NCBI GenBank assembly: GCA_945874765.1
Contig: CAMCHQ010000009.1
Span: 6,186 to 70,185 of the forward strand
Source of the DNA: an uncultured Clostridia bacterium
GTDB lineage: Bacteria > Bacillota > Clostridia > Oscillospirales > Acutalibacteraceae
Reading direction: 5' to 3'
Length of the DNA stretch: 64,000 nt
The stretch's first letter is position 1; the number at the start of each line of letters is the position of its first letter. Positions 47,540 to 57,574 of the stretch are shown here, in pieces. Below the pieces are notes generated by a model. It made no database searches. It worked only from the letters and a program-made list of their open reading frames with translations, and was not told the origin of the DNA. The translations under genes were made by a program, and so were the position numbers.

Positions 47540-49375
47540 ATGTCTGTTCTTGATAGGGTTAATTCTCCCAAAGATTTAAAAAAACTGAATGATAAAGAAC
47601 TTGAAGAACTGTGTGCCGATATCCGAGAACTTTTGATTAATACCGTTTCCAAAACAGGCGGTCATCTTGCTTCTAACTTGGGTGTTGTCGAACTTACCGT
47701 TGCAATGCATAAAGTTTTTAACAGTCCGGTTGACCAAATTGTATTTGATGTAGGTCATCAATGCTATACGCATAAAATTCTTACCGGTCGAAAGGACAAG
47801 TTTTCTACTTTGCGTACCGAGGGCGGTATCAGCGGTTTTACCCGTCCGGTTGAAAGTGAGCACGATATCTTTTCGTCAGGTCACAGTTCTACCTCTATTT
47901 CTGCCGCTGTCGGTCTTGCAAGGGCTAAACAGATAAAAGGCGAAAAGGGCAAGGTTGTTGCCGTTATCGGTGACGGTGCTTTGACAGGCGGTCTTGCTTA
48001 TGAAGCACTTAACAATTCCGGTAATGATAACAGCAATCTTATAGTAGTTTTAAATGATAACAATATGTCTATCAGCAAAAATGTCGGCTCAATGGCTAAA
48101 AATTTGACTACTATCCGTACTTCCAAAAGGTATGTTACGTTTAAATCCAAATTTCAGCATCAACTTTCAAGAATACCGAAAGTAGGTACTGAAATAAACA
48201 GATTTTTCACATATATTAATACCAAAATCAGAAAAATGGTTTACAAATCCACTTTCTTTGAAGATTTGGGATTTAGATATTACGGTCCGATTGACGGGCA
48301 TGATATTGATGCGCTTGTTGATGTGTTTAACGCCGCAAAAGCTCATAACCATTCTGTTTTAATCCACGTGAATACAGTTAAAGGTAAGGGATATTATCCT
48401 GCGGAGAAAAATCCTACCCAGTTTCACGGTATAGGTAAATTTGATATAAATACAGGTGAGCCTACAAGCAGCGGTAAGAATTTTTCTGCCTGCTTTGGTG
48501 AAACTATGTGCAAGTTTGCGCAAAAAGATGCACGTATCTGTTGTGTAACCGCCGCTATGGCTGAGGGTACCGGTCTTTGCAAGTTTGCCGAGCAATATCC
48601 AAAAAGGTTTTTTGATGTCGGTATTGCCGAACAGCACGCCGTAACATTTTCAAGCGGACTTGCCAAAAACGGGCTTATTCCTGTATTTGCCGTTTATTCT
48701 ACATTTTTGCAGCGTTCTTATGACCAACTTATTCACGACGTTGCAATGCAAAATTTAAAGGTGATTTTTGCAATTGACCGTGCAGGTTTTGTCGGCGAGG
48801 ACGGTGAAAGTCATCAAGGCGTATTTGATACTTCTTTTCTTAATTCGGTTGTCGGTTTGACTGTTTTTGCACCGTCTACCTTTGACGAACTTGAAGCAAT
48901 GTTTTATCAGGCAATTTATAAAATTGACGGCGCAGTTGCAGTCAGGTATCCACGTGGCTGTCAATGTGATATTCCGGTTGAATATGAGTATAATCACGAA
49001 AATTATACAGTCATTGGCGACACAAATAAGAAAAAGTGTATTGTTTCATACGGCAGAGAATTTTGTGAATGTGCAAAAGCATTAAATGAACTTGACGATA
49101 CATTCTTGATTAAGCTTAATAAGATTAAACCGATTGATGAAAGTGTTGTTGAATATCTGAGAAATTGCGAGACCGTTTATTTTTATGAGGAAAGCGTAAA
49201 AAGCGGTTCGGTCGGTGAAATATTTGCGTCTTTGTTAATTGAAAATGATATTAATGTTCATTTTAAACATATTGCAATAGATGATGAATTTGTAAAGCAG
49301 GCAAGTGTTTGCCGTCAGCTTGAACATTATAATTTGGATATGAATTCTATTATTAAAGAGGTCAATAATGGCTAA
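47540..49375 (+). CDS. dxs: 1-deoxy-D-xylulose-5-phosphate synthase
   Basis: GGHL.SNLG.VELT.A.H, DVGHQ.Y.HK.LTGR, GDGA.TGG.A.EALN. Confidence 0.95.
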   Translation: MSVLDRVNSPKDLKKLNDKELEELCADIRELLINTVSKTGGHLASNLGVVELTVAMHKVFNSPVDQIVFDVGHQCYTHKILTGRKDKFSTLRTEGGISGFTRPVESEHDIFSSGHSSTSISAAVGLARAKQIKGEKGKVVAVIGDGALTGGLAYEALNNSGNDNSNLIVVLNDNNMSISKNVGSMAKNLTTIRTSKRYVTFKSKFQHQLSRIPKVGTEINRFFTYINTKIRKMVYKSTFFEDLGFRYYGPIDGHDIDALVDVFNAAKAHNHSVLIHVNTVKGKGYYPAEKNPTQFHGIGKFDINTGEPTSSGKNFSACFGETMCKFAQKDARICCVTAAMAEGTGLCKFAEQYPKRFFDVGIAEQHAVTFSSGLAKNGLIPVFAVYSTFLQRSYDQLIHDVAMQNLKVIFAIDRAGFVGEDGESHQGVFDTSFLNSVVGLTVFAPSTFDELEAMFYQAIYKIDGAVAVRYPRGCQCDIPVEYEYNHENYTVIGDTNKKKCIVSYGREFCECAKALNELDDTFLIKLNKIKPIDESVVEYLRNCETVYFYEESVKSGSVGEIFASLLIENDINVHFKHIAIDDEFVKQASVCRQLEHYNLDMNSIIKEVNNG

Positions 49376-50174
49376 GAATAAAACAAGACTTGACGTTGCT
49401 TTGGTTGAAAAAGGTCTTGCCGAGAGCAGGGAAAAGGCAAAAGCAATTATTATGTCAGGCATAGTATATGTAAATAATCAAAAATCCGATAAAGCGGGTA
49501 AAGATGTAAAAGACGACGATATTATTGAAGTTCGTGGCAAAACTTTAAAGTATGTCAGCCGTGGCGGTTTAAAACTTGAAAAGGCTATGGAGTGTTTTCC
49601 TATTTCGCTTGACGGCAAAATCTGTATGGATGTAGGCGCTTCAACAGGCGGATTTACGGATTGTATGCTTATGAACGGTGCGGTTAAAGTTTACTCGGTC
49701 GATGTCGGCTACGGTCAACTTGCTTGGAAACTTCGTACCGATGACAGAGTTGTAAATTTGGAAAGAACTAATTTCAGATATGTCACAGACGAGCAAATTA
49801 AAGATAAAATCGATTTTTCGTCAGTTGATGTTTCTTTCATATCTCTTAAACATATTTTGCCTAATCTCAATAAATTTTTAAAAGATGACGGCAGTGCTGT
49901 TTGCCTTATCAAGCCGCAGTTTGAAGCCGGAAGAGAAAAAGTTGGCAAAAAAGGAGTTGTAAGCGACCCGGCAACACACCTTGAAGTTTGTGAAAAGGTA
50001 ATCGGATTGGCAATTGAAAACGGTTTTAGCGTTGCAGGTCTTGATTTTTCACCGATAAAAGGTCCCGAGGGTAATATTGAATATTTGATTTATCTTTTAA
50101 AATCAAACGAACCGATTGTATATGATAATGTAGACGCTAAACAATTAGTATATAAATCACACGAGGAATTATAA
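49368..50174 (+). CDS. tlyA: TlyA-family 16S/23S rRNA (cytidine-2'-O)-methyltransferase
   Basis: S4 domain ([25 protein letters not shown]), [22 protein letters not shown]. Confidence 0.88.
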   Translation: MAKNKTRLDVALVEKGLAESREKAKAIIMSGIVYVNNQKSDKAGKDVKDDDIIEVRGKTLKYVSRGGLKLEKAMECFPISLDGKICMDVGASTGGFTDCMLMNGAVKVYSVDVGYGQLAWKLRTDDRVVNLERTNFRYVTDEQIKDKIDFSSVDVSFISLKHILPNLNKFLKDDGSAVCLIKPQFEAGREKVGKKGVVSDPATHLEVCEKVIGLAIENGFSVAGLDFSPIKGPEGNIEYLIYLLKSNEPIVYDNVDAKQLVYKSHEEL

Positions 50175-51031
50175 TGATTATTTCAGTTTTTCCAAATCTA
50201 AATAATAACGGTGTATGCGACCTTGCAGTTAATGTTGTTAATAAGCTTATAAGCGGCGGTGCAGAGGTCTATGTTCCTGAAGAACATAAGGATATATTCG
50301 TTGACACCAAAGCGAAATTTGAAATATTTGATAAGGCTATGTCAATTTGCGATTGCGCAATTGCTATCGGCGGCGACGGTACTACACTGAATATTGCAAA
50401 AAAAGCCGCATTTTTGGGCAAACCGGCACTTGGTATTAACGCAGGCAGGCTCGGCTTTATGAGCGGCCTTGAAAGAGATGAGCTTGGTTTACTTGCAAAG
50501 CTTATTAATAATGACTATATTATTGATGAACGTCTTATGCTCAAAGCAACAATCGAAAGGGGAGGAAAAGTGATTTCTTCTCATCATTGCTTGAATGATA
50601 TTGTTGTTTCAAGAGGTGACTTCGCAAGGCTTATTGATGTTTCGATTACTTGTGACGGCAGGAATGTTTCAAATATGAGAAGCGACGGTGTTATTATTTC
50701 AACTCCGACAGGCTCTACTGCTTATTCAATGGCGGCAGGCGGACCCGTTGTAAGCCCTGAAGCCGATTGTATTATCGAAACTCCGATTTGTCCGCATTCT
50801 CTTATGGACAGAAGTATTATTTTTTCATCCGATAAGGAATTGATAATAACTGCCAATAACGACCAAAATAATTCGCCGATTATGACGGTTGACGGTCAGG
50901 AAGCCGTTAATTTGGCACCCGATTGTGAAATACATATTAAAACATCGGATATAAAAACAAAGCTTATAAAGCTTAAACCTGAAAACTTTTACGAAATTCT
51001 TAATAAGAAGATTATTGAGAGGAGAGTATAA
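50174..51031 (+). CDS. nadK: NAD kinase
   Basis: [27 protein letters not shown]. Confidence 0.9.
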   Translation: MIISVFPNLNNNGVCDLAVNVVNKLISGGAEVYVPEEHKDIFVDTKAKFEIFDKAMSICDCAIAIGGDGTTLNIAKKAAFLGKPALGINAGRLGFMSGLERDELGLLAKLINNDYIIDERLMLKATIERGGKVISSHHCLNDIVVSRGDFARLIDVSITCDGRNVSNMRSDGVIISTPTGSTAYSMAAGGPVVSPEADCIIETPICPHSLMDRSIIFSSDKELIITANNDQNNSPIMTVDGQEAVNLAPDCEIHIKTSDIKTKLIKLKPENFYEILNKKIIERRV

Positions 51032-51493
51032 ATGAAGAAGAGAAGACACGCTAAAATATTAGAACTCATCAATTCTAACGATATCGAAACGCAAGAGGAA
51101 TTGCAGGCTTTTCTTTTAAAAAACGGATATGAGGTAACACAGGCAACAATTTCACGTGATATTAAAGAATTGCGCCTTGTTAAAGAACTTTCCGATAAAG
51201 GAAGATATATTTATTCCACGGGCAAAAAGAACAATAATGAAAATGCACGAAGGACAGGCGGTATCTTCGGCGAATCTATTATTAATGTGGAATATGCCCA
51301 AAATATTGTTTGTATCAAATGCTTTTCAGGTATGGCAGTTGCCGTTTGTACCGCTATTGACTCTATGGAGTGGACAGGCGTTGTAGGCACAATCAGCGGT
51401 GATGATACGATTTTTGTCCTTTGTAAAACAGAGGATTTTGCAAAAATATTTACAATGAATATGGAGAAGATTTTAAATGCTAAGAACTCTTGA
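51032..51493 (+). CDS. argR: Arginine repressor
   Basis: R...I..LI......TQEEL...L...G..VTQATISRDIKEL.LVK, GTI.GDDTIFV. Confidence 0.9.
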   Translation: MKKRRHAKILELINSNDIETQEELQAFLLKNGYEVTQATISRDIKELRLVKELSDKGRYIYSTGKKNNNENARRTGGIFGESIINVEYAQNIVCIKCFSGMAVAVCTAIDSMEWTGVVGTISGDDTIFVLCKTEDFAKIFTMNMEKILNAKNS

Positions 51494-53141
51494 CATTGAA
51501 AATATAGCTGTTATTGAAAAGGCAAGCGTTGATTTCAGCAACGGGCTTAACGTTTTGACCGGTGAAACCGGTGCTGGTAAGTCTATTGTTGTTGACTCAA
51601 TTAATGCAATTATGGGTGAGCGTACATCAAGAGAGCTTGTCAGATACGGTACGGATTATGCATTTGTAAGCGCTTATTTTGACGATATTTGCAGTGCGGT
51701 TTGTGATAAGTTAAAAGAACTTGATATTGAACTTGAGGACGGTAATTCGCTTCTTTTAAGCCGTAGAATATCGTCAAACGGTAAATCTCTTTGTAAAGTA
51801 AACGGTAAAGCCGTTACAGTTTCTATGCTCAAGGAGATTAGCTCACTTCTCGTTAATGTTCACGGTCAGCATGACAGTCAGGCACTTTTAAATCCCGATT
51901 TGCAATATACATATATCGATATGCTTTTGAACGATAAATCGGTATTGAATGATTATAAAAATACATTTAAAAAGCTTATTTCAGTTCGCAGAAAATTAAA
52001 ATCCCTTGCAAATGACGAAAGTGACAAGGAAAAGCAGCTTGAAATTCTCAATTTCCAAATTGATGAACTTGAAGCGGCTGATATTAAGATTGGCGAGAGA
52101 GAAAAGCTTGCTAAAAAGCGTGAACTTATCCAAAAAAGCGAGGATATTATTAAAGCGCTTAATCTTGCCGTTTCAACTATTAACGGTGATGATGAAAATG
52201 CCGGTGTTGAGCAAGCGTGCAACGATGTTTCAAGAATGCTTTTTAAATTTGATGAAACAAAAGAAATTTTTGACGTTTTCAACGATATCAATGATAAGTT
52301 GGAACTTGCCAAGGATAAGGCTGAAGCGCTTTTAATGTCGATTGATTTTTCACCCGAAGAAATTGAGATGATTGATGAAAGGCTTGACCTTTATTATAAA
52401 TTTTCAAATAAATACGGAAAAAATGAAGAAGAAATGCTTGCTTTTCTTGAAAATGCCAAGGAAAAGAGAAATTCAATTCTTTTTGCAGATGAGGAACTTG
52501 AAAGGCTTAATAGGGAATATGATAATTTATTAAATGAAACCGTAAAACTTGCCGAAAAACTTTCAAACGAGAGGAAAAAGATTGCCTCTGATTTTGAGAA
52601 AAAAGTCAAGGATGAACTTTCGTTTCTCGATATGCCTAAAATGCAGTTTTTTGTTAATTTTGAAAAAGGCAATTTATCGTCAACGGGATTTGATAAAATT
52701 GAATTTAAGATTTCAGCTAACCCGGGCGAACCGCCTAAATCACTTTCTAAGGTCGCTTCGGGCGGTGAACTTTCAAGAATAATGCTTGCAATTAAAAACA
52801 TAATATCGTACAATGATACAATCGGTACATTGATTTTTGATGAAATTGATACAGGTGTCAGCGGCAGAGCAAGTCAAAAAATCGGCTTAAAGCTTAAATC
52901 TGTTTCAAAAAACACACAGGTTATATGTGTTACTCATTCCGCTCAAATTGCATCTAATGCAGACGAGCATTTTCTTATTGAAAAGAAGTTTGATAACGAT
53001 AAAACATATACGTCTGTTACTCCTCTTGATTTTGAGGGAAGAAAGAGAGAACTTGCCCGCATTATGGGCGGTCTTGAAATAACAGATACTCTTCTTCAAA
53101 GCGCAAATGAGCTATTAAATCAAAACTTGTACGGTAATTAA
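51477..53141 (+). CDS. recN: DNA repair protein RecN
   Basis: L..L.I.N.A.I......F..GLNVLTGETGAGKSI..D, long coiled coil, ASGGELSR..LA.K, FDEID.G.SG. Confidence 0.93.
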   Translation: MLRTLDIENIAVIEKASVDFSNGLNVLTGETGAGKSIVVDSINAIMGERTSRELVRYGTDYAFVSAYFDDICSAVCDKLKELDIELEDGNSLLLSRRISSNGKSLCKVNGKAVTVSMLKEISSLLVNVHGQHDSQALLNPDLQYTYIDMLLNDKSVLNDYKNTFKKLISVRRKLKSLANDESDKEKQLEILNFQIDELEAADIKIGEREKLAKKRELIQKSEDIIKALNLAVSTINGDDENAGVEQACNDVSRMLFKFDETKEIFDVFNDINDKLELAKDKAEALLMSIDFSPEEIEMIDERLDLYYKFSNKYGKNEEEMLAFLENAKEKRNSILFADEELERLNREYDNLLNETVKLAEKLSNERKKIASDFEKKVKDELSFLDMPKMQFFVNFEKGNLSSTGFDKIEFKISANPGEPPKSLSKVASGGELSRIMLAIKNIISYNDTIGTLIFDEIDTGVSGRASQKIGLKLKSVSKNTQVICVTHSAQIASNADEHFLIEKKFDNDKTYTSVTPLDFEGRKRELARIMGGLEITDTLLQSANELLNQNLYGN

Positions 53142-53233
53142 CCATGGGAATTAATATAGAACAAAAGGTTAAAAACGGCACTTGTGCCACTTTGTCATTA
53201 TAAATTTGTTTTTTATTTTAGGAGGATATATAA

Positions 53234-54454
53234 ATGGGAGTTTATGAAGAATTAAAAGAAAGAGGACTTATAGCTCAAATTACTAATGAGGATGAAGTAA
53301 GAGAGCTTATCAATAATGGTAAAGCTGTATTTTATATCGGCTTTGACCCGACTGCCGACAGTTTGCACGTTGGCCACTTTATGGCGCTTTGCCTTATGAA
53401 AAGGCTTCAAATGGCGGGTAATAAGCCTATCGCACTTATCGGTGGCGGTACAGGTATGATCGGTGATCCAAGCGGTAAAACCGATATGCGCAAAATGCTT
53501 ACACCTGAAATCATTCAACACAATTGTGACTGTTTTAAAAAGCAAATGTCTAAGTTTATCGATTTTTCAGACGGTAAGGCAATGATGGTTAATAATGCCG
53601 ATTGGCTTCTTAACCTTAACTATATCAATGTTCTTCGTGAGGTCGGCGCTTGCTTCAGCGTAAACAGAATGCTAAGCTTTGAATGCTATAAGCAGAGAAT
53701 GGAAAGAGGTCTTTCATTCCTTGAATTTAACTATATGATTATGCAAAGCTACGACTTTTACACACTTTATAAGAAGTACGGCTGTAATCTTCAGTTCGGC
53801 GGCGATGACCAGTGGTCAAATATGATTGGCGGTATGGAGCTTATCAGAAAGAAACTTCAGGGCAACGCAAACGCTATGACAATTACTCTTCTTACTAATT
53901 CAGAGGGTAAGAAAATGGGTAAGACCGAAAAAGGCGCAGTTTGGCTTGACGCTGAAAAAACTTCTCCTTACGAGTTTTATCAGTATTGGAGAAATGTCGG
54001 CGATGACGATGTAATCAAGTGTATGAAACTTCTTACATTTGTACCTATGGAGCAGATTAATGAGTATGCAAAGCTTGAGGGCGCAGAGCTTAATAAGGTT
54101 AAGGAAGTTCTTGCTTTTGAACTTACTAAGATGATTCACGGTGAGGAAGAAGCTACTAAGGCGCAGAATGCGGCAAGAGCTCTTTTTGCAGGCGGTGCTG
54201 ATAATTCACATATGCCTGAAACAGTACTCACAGATGACGATTTTACAGATGGCTCTATTATGCTTCTTGATATGATGGTTAAGGCAGGTATTATTAAGTC
54301 AAAGGGTGAGGGCAGACGTCTTATCACTCAGGGCGGCGTAAGTGTTAATGACGAAAAGGCAACCGACCCTAATATGTCATTTACTACTAATGATTTTGCA
54401 AACGAAATTATCGTTAAAAAAGGTAAAAAGGTATTCCACAAGTTTACTAAATAA
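53234..54454 (+). CDS. tyrS: Tyrosine--tRNA ligase
   Basis: [13 protein letters not shown] (HIGH), KMGKT (KMSKS-type), C-terminal S4 domain. Confidence 0.95.
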   Translation: MGVYEELKERGLIAQITNEDEVRELINNGKAVFYIGFDPTADSLHVGHFMALCLMKRLQMAGNKPIALIGGGTGMIGDPSGKTDMRKMLTPEIIQHNCDCFKKQMSKFIDFSDGKAMMVNNADWLLNLNYINVLREVGACFSVNRMLSFECYKQRMERGLSFLEFNYMIMQSYDFYTLYKKYGCNLQFGGDDQWSNMIGGMELIRKKLQGNANAMTITLLTNSEGKKMGKTEKGAVWLDAEKTSPYEFYQYWRNVGDDDVIKCMKLLTFVPMEQINEYAKLEGAELNKVKEVLAFELTKMIHGEEEATKAQNAARALFAGGADNSHMPETVLTDDDFTDGSIMLLDMMVKAGIIKSKGEGRRLITQGGVSVNDEKATDPNMSFTTNDFANEIIVKKGKKVFHKFTK

Positions 54455-54465
54455 GCAATTTAAAA

Positions 54466-54493
54466 GCGGACAACCTCAATTGAGATTGTCCGC
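54466..54493. terminator. Bidirectional terminator (tyrS / hydrolase)
   Basis: gcggacaa..ctcaattgag..ttgtccgc long palindrome with flanking A and T runs. Confidence 0.8.
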
Positions 54494-54498
54494 TAATT

Positions 54499-55473
54499 TT
54501 AATTTTGGAAGAATATTTGCTCATCTTCAATTAAGTCGTAAGCAAAAAGTTTACTGTCGTCAAGGTTTACCTTGTGCATATCAACCGCATTTATTCTATG
54601 GCAATTATATGTTGTGTAATAATAAATTCCTTTATCGGCATTACAGCAAGATGTGTAAATCGTGATTTCGTATTTACCGTCGCTTACCACACAGCAGCCA
54701 CGTTGCTGGTCAACCGAGCCTAAAATATGAAAAAATTGGCTTACGCTGTCTTTTTCATTATCACTTGATTTTGAATTAAGCTTAGTAAAAGCAACTCGAG
54801 CAAATCGTGACGCAGACGATAAATCGCCGGGTAATCCTAATGCTCCCATACCTCTGCTGTATTGCTTCAAATTAATGCTCCCGTCAAAGTTATTATTGGG
54901 TTGCTTAGGTGATAAAGACATATAATTATTAAGCATAAACATTTGAATGTTAAACGGCGGATTGTTAGTTAATACCCCAACATTATTATCGTAAATTTTC
55001 ATTCCGTCTTTGGTACATTCGAGGGTTATGCAATCGTTCTTGTCGGCAATTATATAATGAAGCTGTGCAGTCGGCAATTTATCTGAAAAAGGTGTATTAG
55101 TAATGTTGATTTTTTCAAGTAAATTACGTACGTCATTCATATTCTCGCATTGGCATAAAATCCAAGGAATAAGCTCAAACTGAGCAATATTTTCTTTTTT
55201 CTCAATCGGATTATTATAAACTGCATTGCCTACAAAATTAAGACCTGCAATGCAAACTCCTTTTTCGTTCATTGCGTCATAGTAAAGCGGATAATCATTT
55301 GCAATATGAGCCATACCTATTATTGCAAAATGGTTTTTAACTTCACCCATAAATCTGAAATCAAACTTATAATTTCTCGGCGTAATCGTTATTTGGTCTC
55401 CGTAAGAAAATTCATAATCAAGAGTTCTGCCGAAATAAAAATCTTTAGTTTTATAAGTTGCCGCAGTACACAT
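54499..55473 (-). CDS. Choloylglycine hydrolase family protein (bile salt hydrolase / linear amide C-N hydrolase, Ntn type)
   Basis: The start is moved to ATG 55473, after AAAGGTGA, which gives an MCTA.. N-terminus (Cys2 nucleophile). FGRTLD, NEKG, and a loop resembling the RF.R anion-binding site (SASRFARV). Confidence 0.85.
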   Translation of the reverse strand: MCTAATYKTKDFYFGRTLDYEFSYGDQITITPRNYKFDFRFMGEVKNHFAIIGMAHIANDYPLYYDAMNEKGVCIAGLNFVGNAVYNNPIEKKENIAQFELIPWILCQCENMNDVRNLLEKINITNTPFSDKLPTAQLHYIIADKNDCITLECTKDGMKIYDNNVGVLTNNPPFNIQMFMLNNYMSLSPKQPNNNFDGSINLKQYSRGMGALGLPGDLSSASRFARVAFTKLNSKSSDNEKDSVSQFFHILGSVDQQRGCCVVSDGKYEITIYTSCCNADKGIYYYTTYNCHRINAVDMHKVNLDDSKLFAYDLIEDEQIFFQN

Positions 55474-55538
55474 AATATCACCTTTATAATTATTAGCAAA
55501 AATAGCAAAATTAAAAGGGATGTCAATAAGACAACCCT

Positions 55539-55625
55539 TGGTGCCGGCGGCGGGGGTCGAACCCGCACCCTGTTGCCAGGACTGGATTTTGAGTCCAGCA
55601 CGTCTGCCAATTCCATCACGCCGGC
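55539..55625 (-). tRNA. tRNA-Leu (anticodon CAA), CCA encoded
   Basis: Hand-folded. Acceptor GCCGGCG/CGCCGGC. Anticodon stem CUGGA/UCCAG with loop CUCAAAA. Long variable arm. T-arm GCGGG-UUCGACC-CCCGC. Discriminator A followed by CCA. Confidence 0.9.
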
Positions 55626-55639
55626 AAATCAGCTTTTTT

Positions 55640-55668
55640 ATTATATAAAATTCAAAGCCTAAAGTCAA
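55640..55668 (-). promoter_or_regulatory. Consensus sigma-A promoter for tRNA-Leu
   Basis: On the minus strand: TTGACT, 17 nt, TATAAT, ending about 14 nt before the mature 5' end. Confidence 0.65.
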
Positions 55669-55683
55669 TAGATTTATTGATTT

Positions 55684-56274
55684 TTATTTTATCCCACTGA
55701 CAATATAAATATTATCGGTTGCTTTTTTATAAATATCGGTAAGCCCTGCCGCTTTGAAAATCCTTTCTAATTCATTTTCGCTGATAAGTTCGTTTGAAAT
55801 TTTGCTTGCCTGAACACTTTTATGGTGGTTGTCGAGGTTTTTTCTGCCTCTGTCGTGAGCCACTGTGATTGTACCGCCCGATTTAACAGCTTTAGCAAGA
55901 TTTTTAATCAGTGTTTCGGGATTTGGAAAATGCGGAAATGCATTAAATACCATAACGCAGTCATATTGATTATTAAAATTGTATTTTTCTGCATCCTCAC
56001 AAAGAAAATCGATAAAATTGTATTTTTTGAATTTATTTCTTGCTATTTCAATCATTTTACTTGAAATATCAACACCCGTTACTTTTGACGCATTTCTTTC
56101 AACATAATAATCAATCATAACACCTGTACCGCAGGCAATGTCAAGTACACTTTTACCGCTTGATACCTTTGCCGCATCAAGTATTTCATTCATTTTTCTA
56201 TCGTCTTTTTCCATATTTTCATCCCAAGTTTTTGAGTGAATATCAAAAAATTTGATTACTTCGTTTTTATCCAT
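55684..56274 (-). CDS. Class I SAM-dependent methyltransferase
   Basis: VLDIACGTG motif I and a later DCVMVFNAFPHF block. 196 aa. Lies 23 nt downstream of the ECF S-component gene. Confidence 0.8.
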   Translation of the reverse strand: MDKNEVIKFFDIHSKTWDENMEKDDRKMNEILDAAKVSSGKSVLDIACGTGVMIDYYVERNASKVTGVDISSKMIEIARNKFKKYNFIDFLCEDAEKYNFNNQYDCVMVFNAFPHFPNPETLIKNLAKAVKSGGTITVAHDRGRKNLDNHHKSVQASKISNELISENELERIFKAAGLTDIYKKATDNIYIVSGIK

Positions 56275-56297
56275 ATTTATACCGTTACCTTTTTTAA

Positions 56298-56879
56298 TTA
56301 ATCCTCGCTGTAAACATATCTTGACGGAATAAGATTAGCCTTAACAAGTGCGGCGTAGACTACGGGAATTAAGATTATCTGCATAATTATTCCCGGAAGG
56401 CAAGTGACAAAATAAGACGTTGCCCATGCGGCAATAGTTATTTGTCCACGTGCAAAAATTAACGCTTTTACAATTCCCGCAATTACTCTGCCGATAAGAA
56501 GAGCACCGATAAGCGAAATGTATAAGTCTGCCGCTGATTTTTTTGTGTGCACAAATTTCATCAAGAGTGATGCAAAAAGCGCATAGCAAGTCAGTTCAAC
56601 AAGCATTGACGGAAGAGCCGCTGCAGGTGGCATACCTGTAATAACACTTGATACAAGCGGACCTGCGATTGCGCATATTATTGCATATTGAGGTGCGCAA
56701 ATAAGACCGCAGATAAGTACCGGTATATGCATAGGACAATAAATCATACCCGATTGCGGAATACTGTGAAATGCAATAGGAAGAACCACACAAAGCGCAA
56801 TGCAGACAGCTGTTATAATTGACTGCTTTACTACACTCATTTTACCTAATTTGTTGATTTTTAAATTTTTCTTTTCCAT
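56298..56879 (-). CDS. ECF transporter substrate-capture (S) component, substrate unknown
   Basis: Six hydrophobic helices, MHIPVLICGLI..P......G.L.S....GMP pattern, TAATG overlap with ecfT. Confidence 0.65.
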   Translation of the reverse strand: MEKKNLKINKLGKMSVVKQSIITAVCIALCVVLPIAFHSIPQSGMIYCPMHIPVLICGLICAPQYAIICAIAGPLVSSVITGMPPAAALPSMLVELTCYALFASLLMKFVHTKKSAADLYISLIGALLIGRVIAGIVKALIFARGQITIAAWATSYFVTCLPGIIMQIILIPVVYAALVKANLIPSRYVYSED

Positions 56880-57574
56880 TATTTTTCTCCTTTATATCCT
56901 CTTGCTTCAAGCGCCTGTGATAATTCGTCTGCTCTTTTGAAAGCACTTATAAATATCGGAACAATCAGCGCAAATATACATTTAGTTTTTTTGAATATGT
57001 TTCTTGACTCAAATTCTGCCCCACGTGCAATTTGAGCCTTTTTTATATTTTGTGCTTCAAGTAATAATGTCGGAACAAATTGAATTGAAACGGACAGAAT
57101 CAGCGCTAAATTTTCCGTTTTTACTTTTAGCAGTTTAAGCGGTTTTAAATAGAAATTTATTCCGCTTGTTATCTCAATCGGGGAAGAGGTTAATATAAAC
57201 AATTTTGACCAAAGTATCACGAAAATTACATTTAATACTATTACCGCTCCTTGCTTTATTCCGCCGATTGTTACATTGATTTTCCAAAAACTTATAACCG
57301 CCTTGCCTTTTCCATAGAAAATGGAATTCATCAAGAATATTATTAAATAAAACAGCCATAGCCTGCTTATTGCCGATATGAAATGCCTAATGTTTAATTT
57401 TGAAATTAAAACGCAGATTACAAGTAATGCAAAATCAATTATATAAACAATATAGCTTTTTGCCGCAAGCGTTAATATAATCATTGCCGTAAAACACGCA
57501 ATTTTATATTTTACATCAAGTTTATGTATGGGCGAATTTATGTTTACATAAGTACCCGTTAATATATCAGTCAT
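56879..57574 (-). CDS. ecfT: ECF transporter transmembrane component EcfT
   Basis: CbiQ-type protein with the C-terminal ARG motif (QIARGAEF...ALEARGY). Confidence 0.85.
   Translation of the reverse strand: MTDILTGTYVNINSPIHKLDVKYKIACFTAMIILTLAAKSYIVYIIDFALLVICVLISKLNIRHFISAISRLWLFYLIIFLMNSIFYGKGKAVISFWKINVTIGGIKQGAVIVLNVIFVILWSKLFILTSSPIEITSGINFYLKPLKLLKVKTENLALILSVSIQFVPTLLLEAQNIKKAQIARGAEFESRNIFKKTKCIFALIVPIFISAFKRADELSQALEARGYKGEK

Noticed and set aside
53142-53233. A T-box leader expected upstream of tyrS, and an 18-codon ORF starting at 53144.
   Set aside because: Only 92 nt are available, with no T-box or specifier-loop elements. The mini-ORF has no RBS and overlaps a weak hairpin.
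55306-55662. 118-aa plus-strand ORF.
   Set aside because: It is antisense to the hydrolase start and to the tRNA, and contains the tRNA complement (GGGGRTRT...). It has no expression signals.
55474-55668. 65-codon N-terminal extension of the hydrolase ORF in the six-frame track.
   Set aside because: It reads straight through tRNA-Leu and its promoter. The Ntn hydrolase must begin with Met-Cys at 55473, which has a good RBS.
54455-55700. A genomic islet integrated at the tRNA-Leu 3' end.
   Set aside because: No integrase is present, I could find no direct repeat of the tRNA 3' end, and there is no obvious compositional shift. It is kept only as a low-interest finding.
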